NCBI GenBank assembly: GCA_015233785.1
Contig: JADFWT010000003.1
Coordinates: forward strand, 1-63,636
From: Magnetococcales bacterium
GTDB taxonomy: Bacteria > Pseudomonadota > Magnetococcia > Magnetococcales > JADFWT01
Reading direction: 5' to 3'
DNA: 63,636 bases
Shown in pieces: positions 1 through 9,445 of the stretch; position 1 is the first letter of the stretch, and every line of letters starts with the position of its first letter. The notes beneath the pieces are model-generated. The model was not told the origin of the DNA, ran no database searches, and saw nothing but the letters and a program-made list of their open reading frames with translations. Made by a program: the position numbers and the translations under genes.

Positions 1-59
1 TGCTTCAGGAGTGGTGCATGAGCGATTGTTCAGGCCGGATAGGGCCGATATCGGGGGCG

Positions 60-683
60 ATGAACGGTTCTGGGCGTCGGTTGGTGGTGTGGATGCTGGG
101 GATGGTGATGCTGCTTCTGGCCGGATGTGCGGTGGCCCCGCCGCGCAATATTGAGAACGCCTGCTCGATCTTTGACGAGAAGAGCGACTGGTATAAGATT
201 ATGCAAGACAACCACAAGAAGTGGGGCGTACCGGTGCATGTCCAGTTGGCCATTATCCATCAGGAGTCCAAATTTACCCATGACGCCCGCCCGCCTCGAG
301 GCAAGCTGTTTTGGTTTATCCCCTGGTCGCGGGCCTCCAGTGCTTACGGTTATGCCCAGGTATTGGATGGCACCTGGAACTGGTACAAGAGCAAAACCGG
401 CAACTGGCGTGCTGACCGGGATAACTATAAAGATGCGGTGGATTTTATCGGCTGGTATGTGAATATCAGCCATCGAGTGCTGGGGATCTCCAAGTGGGAC
501 GCCGAGTCGCAGTATCTGGCGTATCACGAGGGGCATGGCGGTTATAAGCGCAAGAGTTACCGCAAGAAAAAGTGGTTGATGGAGGTGGCGCGCAAGGTGA
601 AGCGCCTCTCGGGGCGTTATCGTTCGCAGTTGGCCCACTGCAAGGATCGTCTGGAGCGGGGATCCGGAGGGTGGTTTTTCTAG
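60..683 (+). CDS. lipoprotein with lytic transglycosylase (SLT)-like domain
   Basis: ORF 18..683 trimmed to the in-frame ATG at 60, which gives a signal peptide with a lipobox (MLLLAGC). The body has the SLT-type motif IIHQESKF ... SSAYGYAQVLDGTW. The start choice is inference. Confidence 0.75.
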   Translation: MNGSGRRLVVWMLGMVMLLLAGCAVAPPRNIENACSIFDEKSDWYKIMQDNHKKWGVPVHVQLAIIHQESKFTHDARPPRGKLFWFIPWSRASSAYGYAQVLDGTWNWYKSKTGNWRADRDNYKDAVDFIGWYVNISHRVLGISKWDAESQYLAYHEGHGGYKRKSYRKKKWLMEVARKVKRLSGRYRSQLAHCKDRLERGSGGWFF

Positions 684-877
684 GCATGCACCGGGTTTTT
701 AGTTGCCGCCTTGCCGCAGATTCTGGTTAGATGGTCTCTTAAGAAGCTGTTTTATTGTGTTTCAGTGGGGGCGTGCCGAAGGTCGGCGCGGTTCTGATGG
801 CGATGCTATTTTTGCTGAGCCTTTGCTTATATTGAACAATGATTAAGTTGCGGATACCGTGAGGAGGGGACAGCGCA

Positions 878-2473
878 GTGCCCAAATCCAAGAAGAAAAA
901 AGCGCGCAAGAAGAATCGAAAACTCAAATCTCATCTAAAGGGTGGGGTGTCCCGCAAGAGTTCCGTGGGAAGTATCTCCACTGATTTGGAAGGTGAGTTG
1001 CGTGAGATTGATCTGAAGCGTGTGGCCAAAGGGGAGTTGGAGCTCCCCGTACCATCCGATTATCTGGACGCCCCGAAGAAGAAGAGTGGGGGCGATCGTG
1101 AAGCGTCTGAATCGAGCCAGGTTCTCAATTCGAAGAAAAAAAGGAACGGTCCAGTGTCAGAAGATGAGAAGAAGAAATCAGCAGACGACGCCGAGAAGGC
1201 AGAGAAGAAGATGAGCGCCAAGAAGCGCATTCATGTTCTGGAGAACCGAGTGGAGGAGGAGGCCGCAGAGGGGGATGCGCTCGTGGAGCGTATTCAGGTT
1301 TTGGAGGCGCGTCTCAAGATTCTTGAGAACATGGTGCCTGCGCAGATTCAGATTCTCTCCCAGCGGATGGCCGATCTCTCTCGTCAGCCCGGTCCCAAGG
1401 GCGAAGCTGGTCCCATGGGTCCGCAAGGTCCCAGTGGTCGAGATGGTGAGATTGGCATCACCGGCCCCATCGGCCCGGCTGGTCCTCCCGGTCCCATCGG
1501 TCCGGCGGGTCCAAAGGGCGATGACGGCGAGGTGGGCAGTATTGGTCCTCAAGGTGCCATTGGCCCCACTGGTCCCATCGGTTCCCAAGGTCCGGTAGGC
1601 CCGCAAGGTCCGCTTGGTCAACAGGGTCCCAAAGGGGATACCGGTTCCATCGGTCCTCAAGGAAAGATCGGTCCTCAAGGTCCCATCGGCCCTCAGGGCA
1701 TTCATGGTCCGGCAGGCCCGCTTGGTGCTGCGGGCCCAGTTGGTCCCAAGGGGGATGTCGGTCCTCAAGGTTCGCGGGGTGTTCAGGGCGTTCCTGGCCC
1801 GGTGGGCTCCCGAGGCCCAGTCGGCCCTCAAGGGGAGACCGGCCCGGTTGGCCCTCAGGGAGAGCGTGGTCCCGAAGGCCCCGTGGGTGGTGCCGGTCCT
1901 CAGGGCGAGGTGGGTATTCGTGGCCCCATGGGTCCAAAAGGTGCCATTGGTCCGGTTGGTCCCATGGGCGCGCGGGGTCCGGTTGGACCCAAGGTGATTG
2001 TGCCGGAGATGGAGGGGCCGCAAGGGCCTTCTGGTCCTCAAGGCTCTGTCGGACCTCCCGGCCCGCAGGGCGAGACCGGTCCTCAAGGTCCATCTGGTCC
2101 TATCGGCGCAACTGGTGGTGATGGCCCATCCGGCCCGATTGGTCCGGCAGGCCCTACGGGTCCAAAGGGAGATCTTGGTCCGGCAGGCCCGGTTGGTCCG
2201 GCAGGCCCGAATGGTCCTCCTGGCCCGAATGGTCCCAAGGGAGATCTTGGTCCGGCAGGCCCGGTTGGTCCGGCAGGTCCGATTGGTCCTCTTGGTCCAG
2301 AAGGTCCCAAGGGCGATCAGGGCGACAAGGGTCCGGTTGGTCCTCCTGGACCGCAGGGTCCGATGGGTCCGCAGGGTGCCCAAGGTGCTCCGGGTTCCAA
2401 GGGTCCGCAGGGTATTCAGGGTCCGCGTGGTCCCCAGGGTCCGGCGGGATTCCTGCCCAGAGATGAGTCGTAG
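878..2473 (+). CDS. collagen-like triple-helix repeat protein with polybasic N-terminus and coiled-coil segment
   Basis: GTG at 878 is preceded by GAGGAGGGG. The N-terminus is [17 protein letters not shown], followed by a Lys/Glu-rich linker and a heptad-like segment ([22 protein letters not shown]). Continuous Gly-X-Y triplets run from about aa 170 to the C-terminus with one break ([13 protein letters not shown]). Confidence 0.85.
   Translation: MPKSKKKKARKKNRKLKSHLKGGVSRKSSVGSISTDLEGELREIDLKRVAKGELELPVPSDYLDAPKKKSGGDREASESSQVLNSKKKRNGPVSEDEKKKSADDAEKAEKKMSAKKRIHVLENRVEEEAAEGDALVERIQVLEARLKILENMVPAQIQILSQRMADLSRQPGPKGEAGPMGPQGPSGRDGEIGITGPIGPAGPPGPIGPAGPKGDDGEVGSIGPQGAIGPTGPIGSQGPVGPQGPLGQQGPKGDTGSIGPQGKIGPQGPIGPQGIHGPAGPLGAAGPVGPKGDVGPQGSRGVQGVPGPVGSRGPVGPQGETGPVGPQGERGPEGPVGGAGPQGEVGIRGPMGPKGAIGPVGPMGARGPVGPKVIVPEMEGPQGPSGPQGSVGPPGPQGETGPQGPSGPIGATGGDGPSGPIGPAGPTGPKGDLGPAGPVGPAGPNGPPGPNGPKGDLGPAGPVGPAGPIGPLGPEGPKGDQGDKGPVGPPGPQGPMGPQGAQGAPGSKGPQGIQGPRGPQGPAGFLPRDES
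2165..2277 (+). repeat. perfect 41-bp direct repeat (2165-2205 and 2237-2277, 72-bp period) inside the Gly-X-Y coding region
   Basis: aagggagatcttggtccggcaggcccggttggtccggcagg occurs twice. Both copies encode [15 protein letters not shown]. Confidence 0.9.
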
Positions 2474-2504
2474 CGCATCGGTGATTTAACCGATGGAGAA
2501 GCAT

Positions 2505-2533
2505 AAAAAAAGGCACCTTCGGGTGCCTTTTTT
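2505..2533. terminator. bidirectional rho-independent terminator between convergent genes
   Basis: AAAAAAA-GGCACC-TTCG-GGTGCC-TTTTTT. It is a perfect GC-rich stem flanked by an A-run and a T-run, and it lies between the stop at 2473 (+) and the stop at 2575 (-). Confidence 0.85.
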
Positions 2534-2574
2534 ATGGTCCGGATGCCTTTGACTGGGGGTGTGAGAGGTGACGA

Positions 2575-3513
2575 TCAGAGGGCGTTGGGGTTAAGTTTTC
2601 CACTGGCCTGCTGTTGCCAATAGTCGGCTTTTTCGGCATTGGCGGGGACGCCCCAGCCGTTGCGGTAGAGCTGGGAGAGGCTGAGCTGGGCCGGTTTGTA
2701 ACCCTGTTTGGCGGACATGAAGTACCACTGGGCGGCCTTGTGTAGATCCCGAGGCATGCCAAGGCCCTGCTTGTACATGGAGGCTAGATTGTTCTGCGCC
2801 ACCTTTTCCCCCTGGTCGGCGGCCTTTCGGTACCAATAGGCCGATTTGTGTAGATTTTTTTGGACACCCCACCCTTTACGATACATGTAGCCCAGGTAGC
2901 TTTGGGCGACCGCTTCCCCCTGGTCGGCGGATTTGATATACCACTTGGCGGCTTGCGCCATATCTTTCTTGACGCCCCGCCCGATGCGGTAGAAGAAGGC
3001 GAGATTATTCTGGGCGGCCCGGTCGGACTGCTTGGCCGCCTTGCGATACCAGTAGGCGGCTTTGGTGTAGTCGCGGCGCACGCCTCGCCCGGTTTCGTAC
3101 ATGGCCCCGAGATTATTTTGGGCCGCCACATTGCCGTTGCGGGCCGCTTTTTTCATCCATCGGAAGGCTTTTTTTGCATCGCGGCGGACGCCATGTTTCC
3201 CGTCTTTGTAGATGTTGGCCAGGTTGATCTGAGCCACCACCTCGCCCAGGTTGGCAGAGCGGGTGAAGTAGTTGATGGCTCGCCGCATATCCCGCCGCAC
3301 GCCCTCCGCGTTTTGGTGCATGAGCCCCATATAGTTGAGCGCCTTCTTGTTGTTGCTCAGGGCTTGAAATTTAGTCAGTGCGGTTTTGAAATCCCGTTTT
3401 TGGTAGGCCTCAAGTGCGGCGTCGTAGGTGGAGATGGCCTGGGCAGTGAGGGGCAGTGCCAGTAGCGCCAACAGCGTGAGCAGCAACGGCCATCCCATAG
3501 GCTGTGGTTTCAT
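2575..3513 (-). CDS. secreted Sel1-like repeat (SLR) protein
   Basis: ORF 2575..3585 trimmed to the ATG at 3513 (MKPQPMGWPLLLTLLALLALPLTAQA signal peptide, AAGGAG 9 nt upstream). It carries about seven tandem ~36-aa units of the form AQxNLGxMYxxGxGVxxDxxKAxxWYxKAA. Confidence 0.85.
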   Translation of the reverse strand: MKPQPMGWPLLLTLLALLALPLTAQAISTYDAALEAYQKRDFKTALTKFQALSNNKKALNYMGLMHQNAEGVRRDMRRAINYFTRSANLGEVVAQINLANIYKDGKHGVRRDAKKAFRWMKKAARNGNVAAQNNLGAMYETGRGVRRDYTKAAYWYRKAAKQSDRAAQNNLAFFYRIGRGVKKDMAQAAKWYIKSADQGEAVAQSYLGYMYRKGWGVQKNLHKSAYWYRKAADQGEKVAQNNLASMYKQGLGMPRDLHKAAQWYFMSAKQGYKPAQLSLSQLYRNGWGVPANAEKADYWQQQASGKLNPNAL

Positions 3514-3633
3514 CTGGAGCGGCTCCTTCGGGTGGTTCAGTAGTGGATGGTGAAGGTGTTCTGTCCTATGGCTTAGGGACGTCATTGGGGTGAAAAAGTT
3601 CCCTCATGGAGCGGTGTCCGGCGTTGGATGAAT

Positions 3634-4218
3634 TCAGGAAGAGGGTGGATCCGGGGTGGTGGCGGTGTTCTCCTCCTTGGCTGGATCCGGGAGCTCTTCT
3701 CCAAACCGGGCGATATAGAGCGCCTGGGCCATCACAAACATTATCGTCAGTCCCAGCAGCCCGAACATCTTGAAGTTGACCCAGGTATTCTCATCGTAGT
3801 GGGTGGCGACGAATAGATTGGCCCCACCGGAGAAGAGAAAGAAGAGCGTCCAGGCGATGTTGAGGGAGCGCCAACGTTTTTTTGGTAGATGGATGCGGGC
3901 GCGGAGCATGCGTTCGATGAGAGGCTCGCCGGTCACCAGCGGGCTCAGTGCGAATGCAGCGGCCAAAACCCATTGCAGAATGGTGGGTTTCCATTGAATG
4001 AATTGCGGATCCTGAAAGGTCAACGTGGCACCGCCAAAGATCAGCGCCAGCGCCAGCACCGCCCCCTGAAGCGGCTCCACCTTGCCGTAGCGCCAGCGAT
4101 GGTGGGCTACTTGAAGGGCCAGTGCCACCATGATGGTCAGCGTGGCGGAGTAGATGCCGTCCCATTTGTAGACCAGAAAAAACAGGACGACCGGAAGCAT
4201 CTCCAGAAGAAATTTCAT
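3634..4218 (-). CDS. yciB: intracellular septation protein A (YciB/IspZ family)
   Basis: The N-terminus MKFLLEMLPVVLFFLVYKWDGIYSAT and a five-TM small inner-membrane architecture are typical of YciB. Confidence 0.8.
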   Translation of the reverse strand: MKFLLEMLPVVLFFLVYKWDGIYSATLTIMVALALQVAHHRWRYGKVEPLQGAVLALALIFGGATLTFQDPQFIQWKPTILQWVLAAAFALSPLVTGEPLIERMLRARIHLPKKRWRSLNIAWTLFFLFSGGANLFVATHYDENTWVNFKMFGLLGLTIMFVMAQALYIARFGEELPDPAKEENTATTPDPPSS

Positions 4219-4254
4219 CGAGCAACCATGCGCCGGATGGTCGGGTCCGGCCCT

Positions 4255-5781
4255 CTATTTGGTGGGTTTGCGAATGGAGCTGTTTTTGATTCCTTTGCCA
4301 GTCAGAACCTTCTGCACCGCTTCGGCCTTGTTCAGGGTGGGGAATGGGCCGGCCCGCACACAGGTCATGGTGCCGCTTTTGATGCGCCGTCCGTAGGCGG
4401 GAATCTGCCAGCCTCGAATCTGCTGTTTCAGGCTTTCGGCATTGGGGTTGGAAGAGAAGCAGCCCAGTCGGATAAAGAAGCGCCCCGAGCCCCGAAGAGG
4501 TTTGGTGGCCGGTTGTTGCCTGTTGGCGGGTTGGATGGCCCTTGCTTTGGTGGCGGCTGCCTTGCGGGGGAGGGCGCGTTTTGCGGGACGCTTGCTCACC
4601 ACTTTATCAGCCGTTTTGGGGGCGGTTGTTATCACCGCCTTGGGGCGTTTTTTCGCCACTTTGGCGACCTTTTTTGGGGTCTTGGCAGATTTGCTTTTTT
4701 TACTCTGACCACGGGCCTGACGTAGCTTGTCTCGCACGGCGGCGGCGGTGGGGGTGTCAAAGCGTCCGCCATGCTTTTTCTTTAGAATATCCAGGGCGCG
4801 GTGCAGCAGGCTTTCGGCCTTTTCGTTGAAGTCGTTCTCCAGGAAGAGGCTGCCTAGTTCATGCAGCTTGTCGGCGAACGCTTCGGTATTGGAGCCCAGC
4901 ACCTTCTCGTGAATGGCCAGGGCGCGGTTGAAAAACGGCTCTGCTTCCTGGGTACGTTTCTGGTTCCAGTAGAAACGCCCGATGCTGTTGAGCACCAGGG
5001 CCATCTTCGGATGATTTTTGTTGAGCCCTTTTTTGGCGGTATTCATGGCCTGCCAGTAGAAAAACTCCGCCTGGGCCGAGTCCTTGGCCATAAAATTGAG
5101 CGCTGCCAGATTGAGCTGCGACTCCACCACCTGGGCGTGGGCTTCAATGAGGGCATCGTTTCGCAGCACAAAGGATTGTTCAAAGAGAGGCCGGGCTTTC
5201 TCGATCTTCTTTTGACGGGTGTAGAGAAAGCCGAGGTTGTCGAGAATGCCCGCGAGGCTTGGGTGTCGGTTTCCGAGGTTCTTTTTGCGGATATCCAGCG
5301 CCCGTTTCAGGAGTGTTTCCGCTTGGTCAAACTGTTTCAGGCTGATGCGCAGCTCCGCCAGCTCTTCGATGATGGTGCCGGTGCGGGGGTGGTTCTTACC
5401 GAACACCTGCTTGCGAATCTCCAGGGCTTGGGTCAAAAGCGGCTCATTTTTCTGGTCCCGCTGGAGTGATTTGTGCAGTCGGGCCAGCATCAGCAGCGCT
5501 TCCGCCACATGGTGATGCTTGGGGCCGCTATCGCGTCGGATGGCGATCAGCGCCTTGTTCAGCGCACCTTCCGCCTTATCGAAGGCGCCCTTTTGAAAGA
5601 GTCTCTCAATATTCAGTTTCTGCTGCTCCCAGGCCAGCTCTTTTGCCTGCAGAGGCGGAGCAATACCCACCAAAAGGGTGAGCATGATCAGAAGGTGGAA
5701 GAGGCGGTGTCCTGTGACGATAGCAGGCATGGTTCTGTTCCGTCTCATTTCTGCACGATGATGGTTGTTAAGTTGGTTCAC
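4255..5781 (-). CDS. TPR-repeat protein with Lys-rich linker and C-terminal SPOR (peptidoglycan-binding) domain
   Basis: It has a signal/anchor segment, then multiple TPR_12-like units (ALxIRKKxLGxxHP..). A KKSKSAKTPKKVAKVAKKRPK linker follows, and the terminal ~75 aa (FFIRLGCFSSNPNAESLKQQI...AGPFPTLNKAEAV) resembles a SPOR domain. The start is uncertain: GTG 5781, or ATG 5748 or 5730. Confidence 0.75.
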   Translation of the reverse strand: MNQLNNHHRAEMRRNRTMPAIVTGHRLFHLLIMLTLLVGIAPPLQAKELAWEQQKLNIERLFQKGAFDKAEGALNKALIAIRRDSGPKHHHVAEALLMLARLHKSLQRDQKNEPLLTQALEIRKQVFGKNHPRTGTIIEELAELRISLKQFDQAETLLKRALDIRKKNLGNRHPSLAGILDNLGFLYTRQKKIEKARPLFEQSFVLRNDALIEAHAQVVESQLNLAALNFMAKDSAQAEFFYWQAMNTAKKGLNKNHPKMALVLNSIGRFYWNQKRTQEAEPFFNRALAIHEKVLGSNTEAFADKLHELGSLFLENDFNEKAESLLHRALDILKKKHGGRFDTPTAAAVRDKLRQARGQSKKSKSAKTPKKVAKVAKKRPKAVITTAPKTADKVVSKRPAKRALPRKAAATKARAIQPANRQQPATKPLRGSGRFFIRLGCFSSNPNAESLKQQIRGWQIPAYGRRIKSGTMTCVRAGPFPTLNKAEAVQKVLTGKGIKNSSIRKPTK

Positions 5782-5793
5782 CGGATCAGCCCA

Positions 5794-6942
5794 TTAGGTG
5801 GTTTCCGCAGAGTCGGTATGCGTAGGGCCTGGGGTTATAAGGCTCCAGAGCACTAGTAACAATAACCATGCCAAACCCAAGAGTGCCAGCGGAATCCCCT
5901 GTGGATTTCCCATAGCCACCATCACCCCGGCACAGAAAAAAATCAAGGCGCGGAGACGCCCCGCCGTGGCCAGCCGCTTCAGGGCACGCTCTCGGGCCGG
6001 TGTGGATGGGCCGGGCCAGCGCCACATGGGCAGCAACCGTCCCAGAGCCCCGCTCACCAGTGGAAAGAGAAAGGCGCTGAAAAAGAGCGGCAGGGAGTCA
6101 TCGGCATTCACCAGCCCCAGTGGGATCATGGCGCTGGCCACCATCATGAGGATAAATCCGGCCAGCGCTCCGGAGAGAAGCGCGGTCTCCGAGGCCCAGA
6201 GGGCGGCTCCGCCTTGGCGCCAGAGCCCACGAACCATTCGTGTCAGGGGGATGGCCCAGAGGATCAATCCCAGTGCGGAGAGTGGTCGTAGCCACCCGGC
6301 GCTGATGGCGGAGATGATGCTTCCGGCCAGGGCGTATTTCCAGTCCAGGGCCAGACGTCTGTGGGCATCGGGGTCGGAGAAGCCGCCAGCGGTAGGAATC
6401 AATACCTGAAGGGTTCCGATGGCGGTCATGCCGACAAAGCCGAGCAGGTTGAGATGCAGATGGAAACTGCGTAGCGCTTGCCACTGCTCTGTCCAGACGG
6501 CAGCCATGGCCATGGAGAGCAGGGCTGCCAGCAGCATGCCCAGGGCCCATTGATACCAGCGCAGACCAGGATGGGGGGCACCGAGACATCTTTTGGCGCG
6601 TCGGCCCATCCAGAGAGCGGTGGCCAGTGCTGCCCCGATGCCCAGAGTGGCTGCGGGGTGGATCCATATCAGAGAGCCGTTGGCCGCCATCATGGCCATC
6701 CCACCGGCTGCCAGGGCCGCCAGGGGGGCCAGCAGTATGGATCGGGGCGGTGGGCCGCTTCGGGTCAGGGTGGGTGTAAAATAGATCATCGCCGCCAGGA
6801 TCAGCGGCAGCGCCCCGACGGCCAGCACGGCGTGAGAGATGGCGGCAGCGCTCAGATTGGGGAGGGGGTGGGCCAGGGAGAGAAAGGCTATCAGGGTGAT
6901 GCCGGCGAATAGAATCCAGGGCCAGGCGGGTCGGTTATCCAT
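5794..6942 (-). CDS. polytopic inner-membrane protein, function unknown
   Basis: 382 aa and almost entirely hydrophobic helices (about 10-12 TM). AAGGAG lies upstream of the ATG at 6942. A weak resemblance to NnrS-type proteins is not convincing. Confidence 0.6.
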   Translation of the reverse strand: MDNRPAWPWILFAGITLIAFLSLAHPLPNLSAAAISHAVLAVGALPLILAAMIYFTPTLTRSGPPPRSILLAPLAALAAGGMAMMAANGSLIWIHPAATLGIGAALATALWMGRRAKRCLGAPHPGLRWYQWALGMLLAALLSMAMAAVWTEQWQALRSFHLHLNLLGFVGMTAIGTLQVLIPTAGGFSDPDAHRRLALDWKYALAGSIISAISAGWLRPLSALGLILWAIPLTRMVRGLWRQGGAALWASETALLSGALAGFILMMVASAMIPLGLVNADDSLPLFFSAFLFPLVSGALGRLLPMWRWPGPSTPARERALKRLATAGRLRALIFFCAGVMVAMGNPQGIPLALLGLAWLLLLVLWSLITPGPTHTDSAETT

Positions 6943-7160
6943 GCAGGCGGGGCTCCTTGGGGCGTGTGTTGGGCTTTGGGTTATGATAGGCGAGATTCAT
7001 GTGTGGATATAGCCTCGATCTTTATGGGGGAGCTTGGGCTGCCGTATGAAGGAATTGTGTGTGTTATGACCCTGCTCTGCGTTATGCTGTGAGGCTGCAA
7101 GGGTTGGCGTTGGGGACGTGTGGCGCCGCGTAAGCCCTACTTACTGCGGAGCGTGCTGTT

Positions 7161-7988
7161 GTGGACTCTATGACTTCTCTGGCTGTTGTGGATCTGTTGA
7201 TTCCTCTGGCGATTATCATTCTGTCGGCGGCGTTGATCTATCTCACTCGGGTGCCCCTGGCATCCCGTACGGGTCAGGAGGGGGGGGTAGCCCCTCTGGA
7301 GGGGCGTACGACGCTGCTTAACCAGAGCGAGATGGCGCTGATGGCGCGTCTTGGCGAGCGCTTTTCGGGGCTTGTGTTTTTTCCCTGCGTCTCTGTGGAG
7401 TCACTATTTCATGTGGGTCAGCGGACCTCCGTGACCGATGGAACCTTGGATTTTCTGGTCTGCCGGCAGGAGAATCTTCAGCCTGTTTGCGCCCTGTTTC
7501 TGGCGCGCCCTCTGAGCGATACCGAGGAGCGGCGGCTCAGGGTGCTGCTTGAGATGGCCGCACTTCCTCTGCTGCGCATCTCTCCGGAGCCGCAACTGGC
7601 GCTTGGCGAGTTGACCGACCAAAGGCCCGACCTGTTTCCCGCCCAGGCCCCCTCTCTCCAGAGGTCTACGCCAAAGCCCGCGCCAAAGGAACAAGCCTCT
7701 GCGCCACCTTCGGCACAGGTTGCCAATCCACCCCGAACTTCGTCCCCACCCTCGGTAGCGGAGGCTGTTGTTACCGCTTCCCGGCCAGCGGTTCCATCTT
7801 CTCCAGCCGTAGAGTCCCCTCCTGTAGAGCAGCGCCATGCATCGGAAGAGGAGAGTCACACCTGTCCCACATGCGGCCAGCCCATGGCCCGCAAGCGGGT
7901 TCGCAAGGGTCGCCATGCCGGGCGGGTCTTCTGGACTTGTAGGGATTACCCGATCTGCAAGACATTGGTGGAAACAGATAAATTATAG
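7161..7988 (+). CDS. membrane-anchored DUF2726-like protein with C-terminal topoisomerase-type C4 zinc ribbon
   Basis: It has an N-terminal TM helix and a DUF2726-like core (LLNQSEMALMARL ... TLDFLVC). A Pro/Ser/Ala-rich linker leads to CPTCGQPM...FWTCRDYPICK. The start is GTG 7161 or ATG 7170. Confidence 0.65.
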   Translation: MDSMTSLAVVDLLIPLAIIILSAALIYLTRVPLASRTGQEGGVAPLEGRTTLLNQSEMALMARLGERFSGLVFFPCVSVESLFHVGQRTSVTDGTLDFLVCRQENLQPVCALFLARPLSDTEERRLRVLLEMAALPLLRISPEPQLALGELTDQRPDLFPAQAPSLQRSTPKPAPKEQASAPPSAQVANPPRTSSPPSVAEAVVTASRPAVPSSPAVESPPVEQRHASEEESHTCPTCGQPMARKRVRKGRHAGRVFWTCRDYPICKTLVETDKL

Positions 7989-8389
7989 CTATAAGGCATT
8001 TTCTTCTAATAGTGAGTAATAGTTAACGAACCGCTTGTATGGTTATGTACTGTTCGCTAATCTGTGCCAAGTAGTAATATTTTCTTATGTATTGGCATCC
8101 TTTCTTGCTTCATGATGTGCCCCCCTAAATATATACGTATAGGTATGTGGAGCGGCGGATGGGCACGCCTCTTATGAGTCGTCACTTCTGAAGGTGTATG
8201 GGATCTCCCCTCATCCTTATTCAGGCCTGCCCCACAATAGAAAATGTGATCCCGAGTAGACCCGGACGGTTGGCGTTTGCGTCATGGCCGGTTAGGCTCT
8301 GTGTGGATCATCGGCCTCGTTATCCGGGGGGTGCGGGGTCTGATGTTGGGTTGCGTGCATCTGTTAATCATTGATTGAGGATGGGATTG

Positions 8390-9415
8390 ATGAAGAAAAA
8401 AGTGATTTTTTTTGAGGCTGAGGGTGGTTCTGACAAAGGGCCGGACGGCTATCGTGCCGACACCATGCCGATGGTGGAGTCTCTGCGTAAGCGGGGTTGG
8501 GATGCGGAGGTGATTTTCTACGCCCCCCAGAATCGAGAGAAGATCTACAAGCATGTGGTGAAGAGTGCCGATGCTTATGTGCCTCGCGTCAATCCCGGCA
8601 ATCTGGAAGATGAAGGGGAGTTTTTCGACTTTCTGCGCCAGCTGACCCGCAACGGCGTACGTGGCCTGCCCGCCCCGGAGACCATGCAGGGTTATGGTGC
8701 CAAGGATGCCCTGGTGAAGCTGCGGGATACCGATCTGGTGCCGGACGATGTGTACGCCTATTACGAGATTGATAAATTCAAGAAGAACTTTCCCAAGCAG
8801 CTTCTGCGGGGCGAGCGGGTTCTAAAGCAGAATCGCGGCTCCACCGGCGAGGGAATCTGGCGGGTAGAGCTGCTCAATGGCGATGGTTCGGTGCCGAGGG
8901 GCAAGGCCATGCTCAAATGCACCGAGGCGGTGGATAACCATGTCGAAGAGCGCAGGCTTGATGAGTTCATGACCTTTTGCGAGCAGTACATTGTCGGCGA
9001 TAACGGCATGCTGATCGATATGCCGTTTCTGCCGCGCATCAAAGAGGGTGAAGTGCGGGTTTTTATGCTCTACGACAAGCCCTTCTCGGTGGTTCACAAG
9101 AAACCGGCGGAGGATGCCGACGCCTTTTCGGCCACGCTCTTCTCTGGGGCCAAATATCGCTACGATGCACCGGAAGATTGGCCCGATGTGGTGGAGCTGC
9201 TGGATGGCAGTATGAAGAAGATCGTCAAAAAGCTCGGCAAGCATCCGTTGCCGCTGATCTGGACGGCGGATTTTATTCTGGATACCGACAAGAAGGGCCG
9301 TGATATCTACGTATTGGGCGAGATGAACGCTTCATGCGTGGGTTTCACCTCCAACTTGGGGCTTAGTGAGGATGTGGCCGATGTGATCATCGGTCTGCTT
9401 ACCGGCAAGGAGTAG
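8390..9415 (+). CDS. Cj0069-family protein (ATP-grasp-like fold)
   Basis: ORF 8375..9415 trimmed to the ATG at 8390 (GAGG 8 nt upstream). The MKKKVIFFEAEGG...RVNPG...VLKQNRGSTGEGIW..GEMNASCVGF pattern matches my memory of the Cj0069 family. Confidence 0.6.
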   Translation: MKKKVIFFEAEGGSDKGPDGYRADTMPMVESLRKRGWDAEVIFYAPQNREKIYKHVVKSADAYVPRVNPGNLEDEGEFFDFLRQLTRNGVRGLPAPETMQGYGAKDALVKLRDTDLVPDDVYAYYEIDKFKKNFPKQLLRGERVLKQNRGSTGEGIWRVELLNGDGSVPRGKAMLKCTEAVDNHVEERRLDEFMTFCEQYIVGDNGMLIDMPFLPRIKEGEVRVFMLYDKPFSVVHKKPAEDADAFSATLFSGAKYRYDAPEDWPDVVELLDGSMKKIVKKLGKHPLPLIWTADFILDTDKKGRDIYVLGEMNASCVGFTSNLGLSEDVADVIIGLLTGKE

Positions 9416-9445
9416 GCGTATGGGCTGTCAGGAGGGGGTGCGGAC

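Noticed and set aside
878-2473. Periodic DNA repeats that might be mistaken for a CRISPR array or satellite.
   Set aside because: The period is 9 bp and its multiples, in frame within a coding region. There are no repeat-spacer units of 25-40 bp and no cas genes.
1020-2516. Many long overlapping ORFs in other frames and on the opposite strand of the collagen-like gene (for example 1178..2383 minus strand 401 aa, 1458..2093 minus strand 211 aa, 1998..2489 plus strand 163 aa).
   Set aside because: They are by-products of the (GGN-CCN-NNN)n periodic codon structure, which removes stop codons from several frames. Their translations are low-complexity Arg/Thr/Leu or Pro/Asp/Trp strings. Only the Gly-X-Y frame has an RBS and a terminator.
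5794-6942. Assigning the 382-aa polytopic membrane protein to the NnrS family.
   Set aside because: Length and TM count fit, but I could not align the conserved His-containing motifs convincingly by eye. It stays as function unknown.
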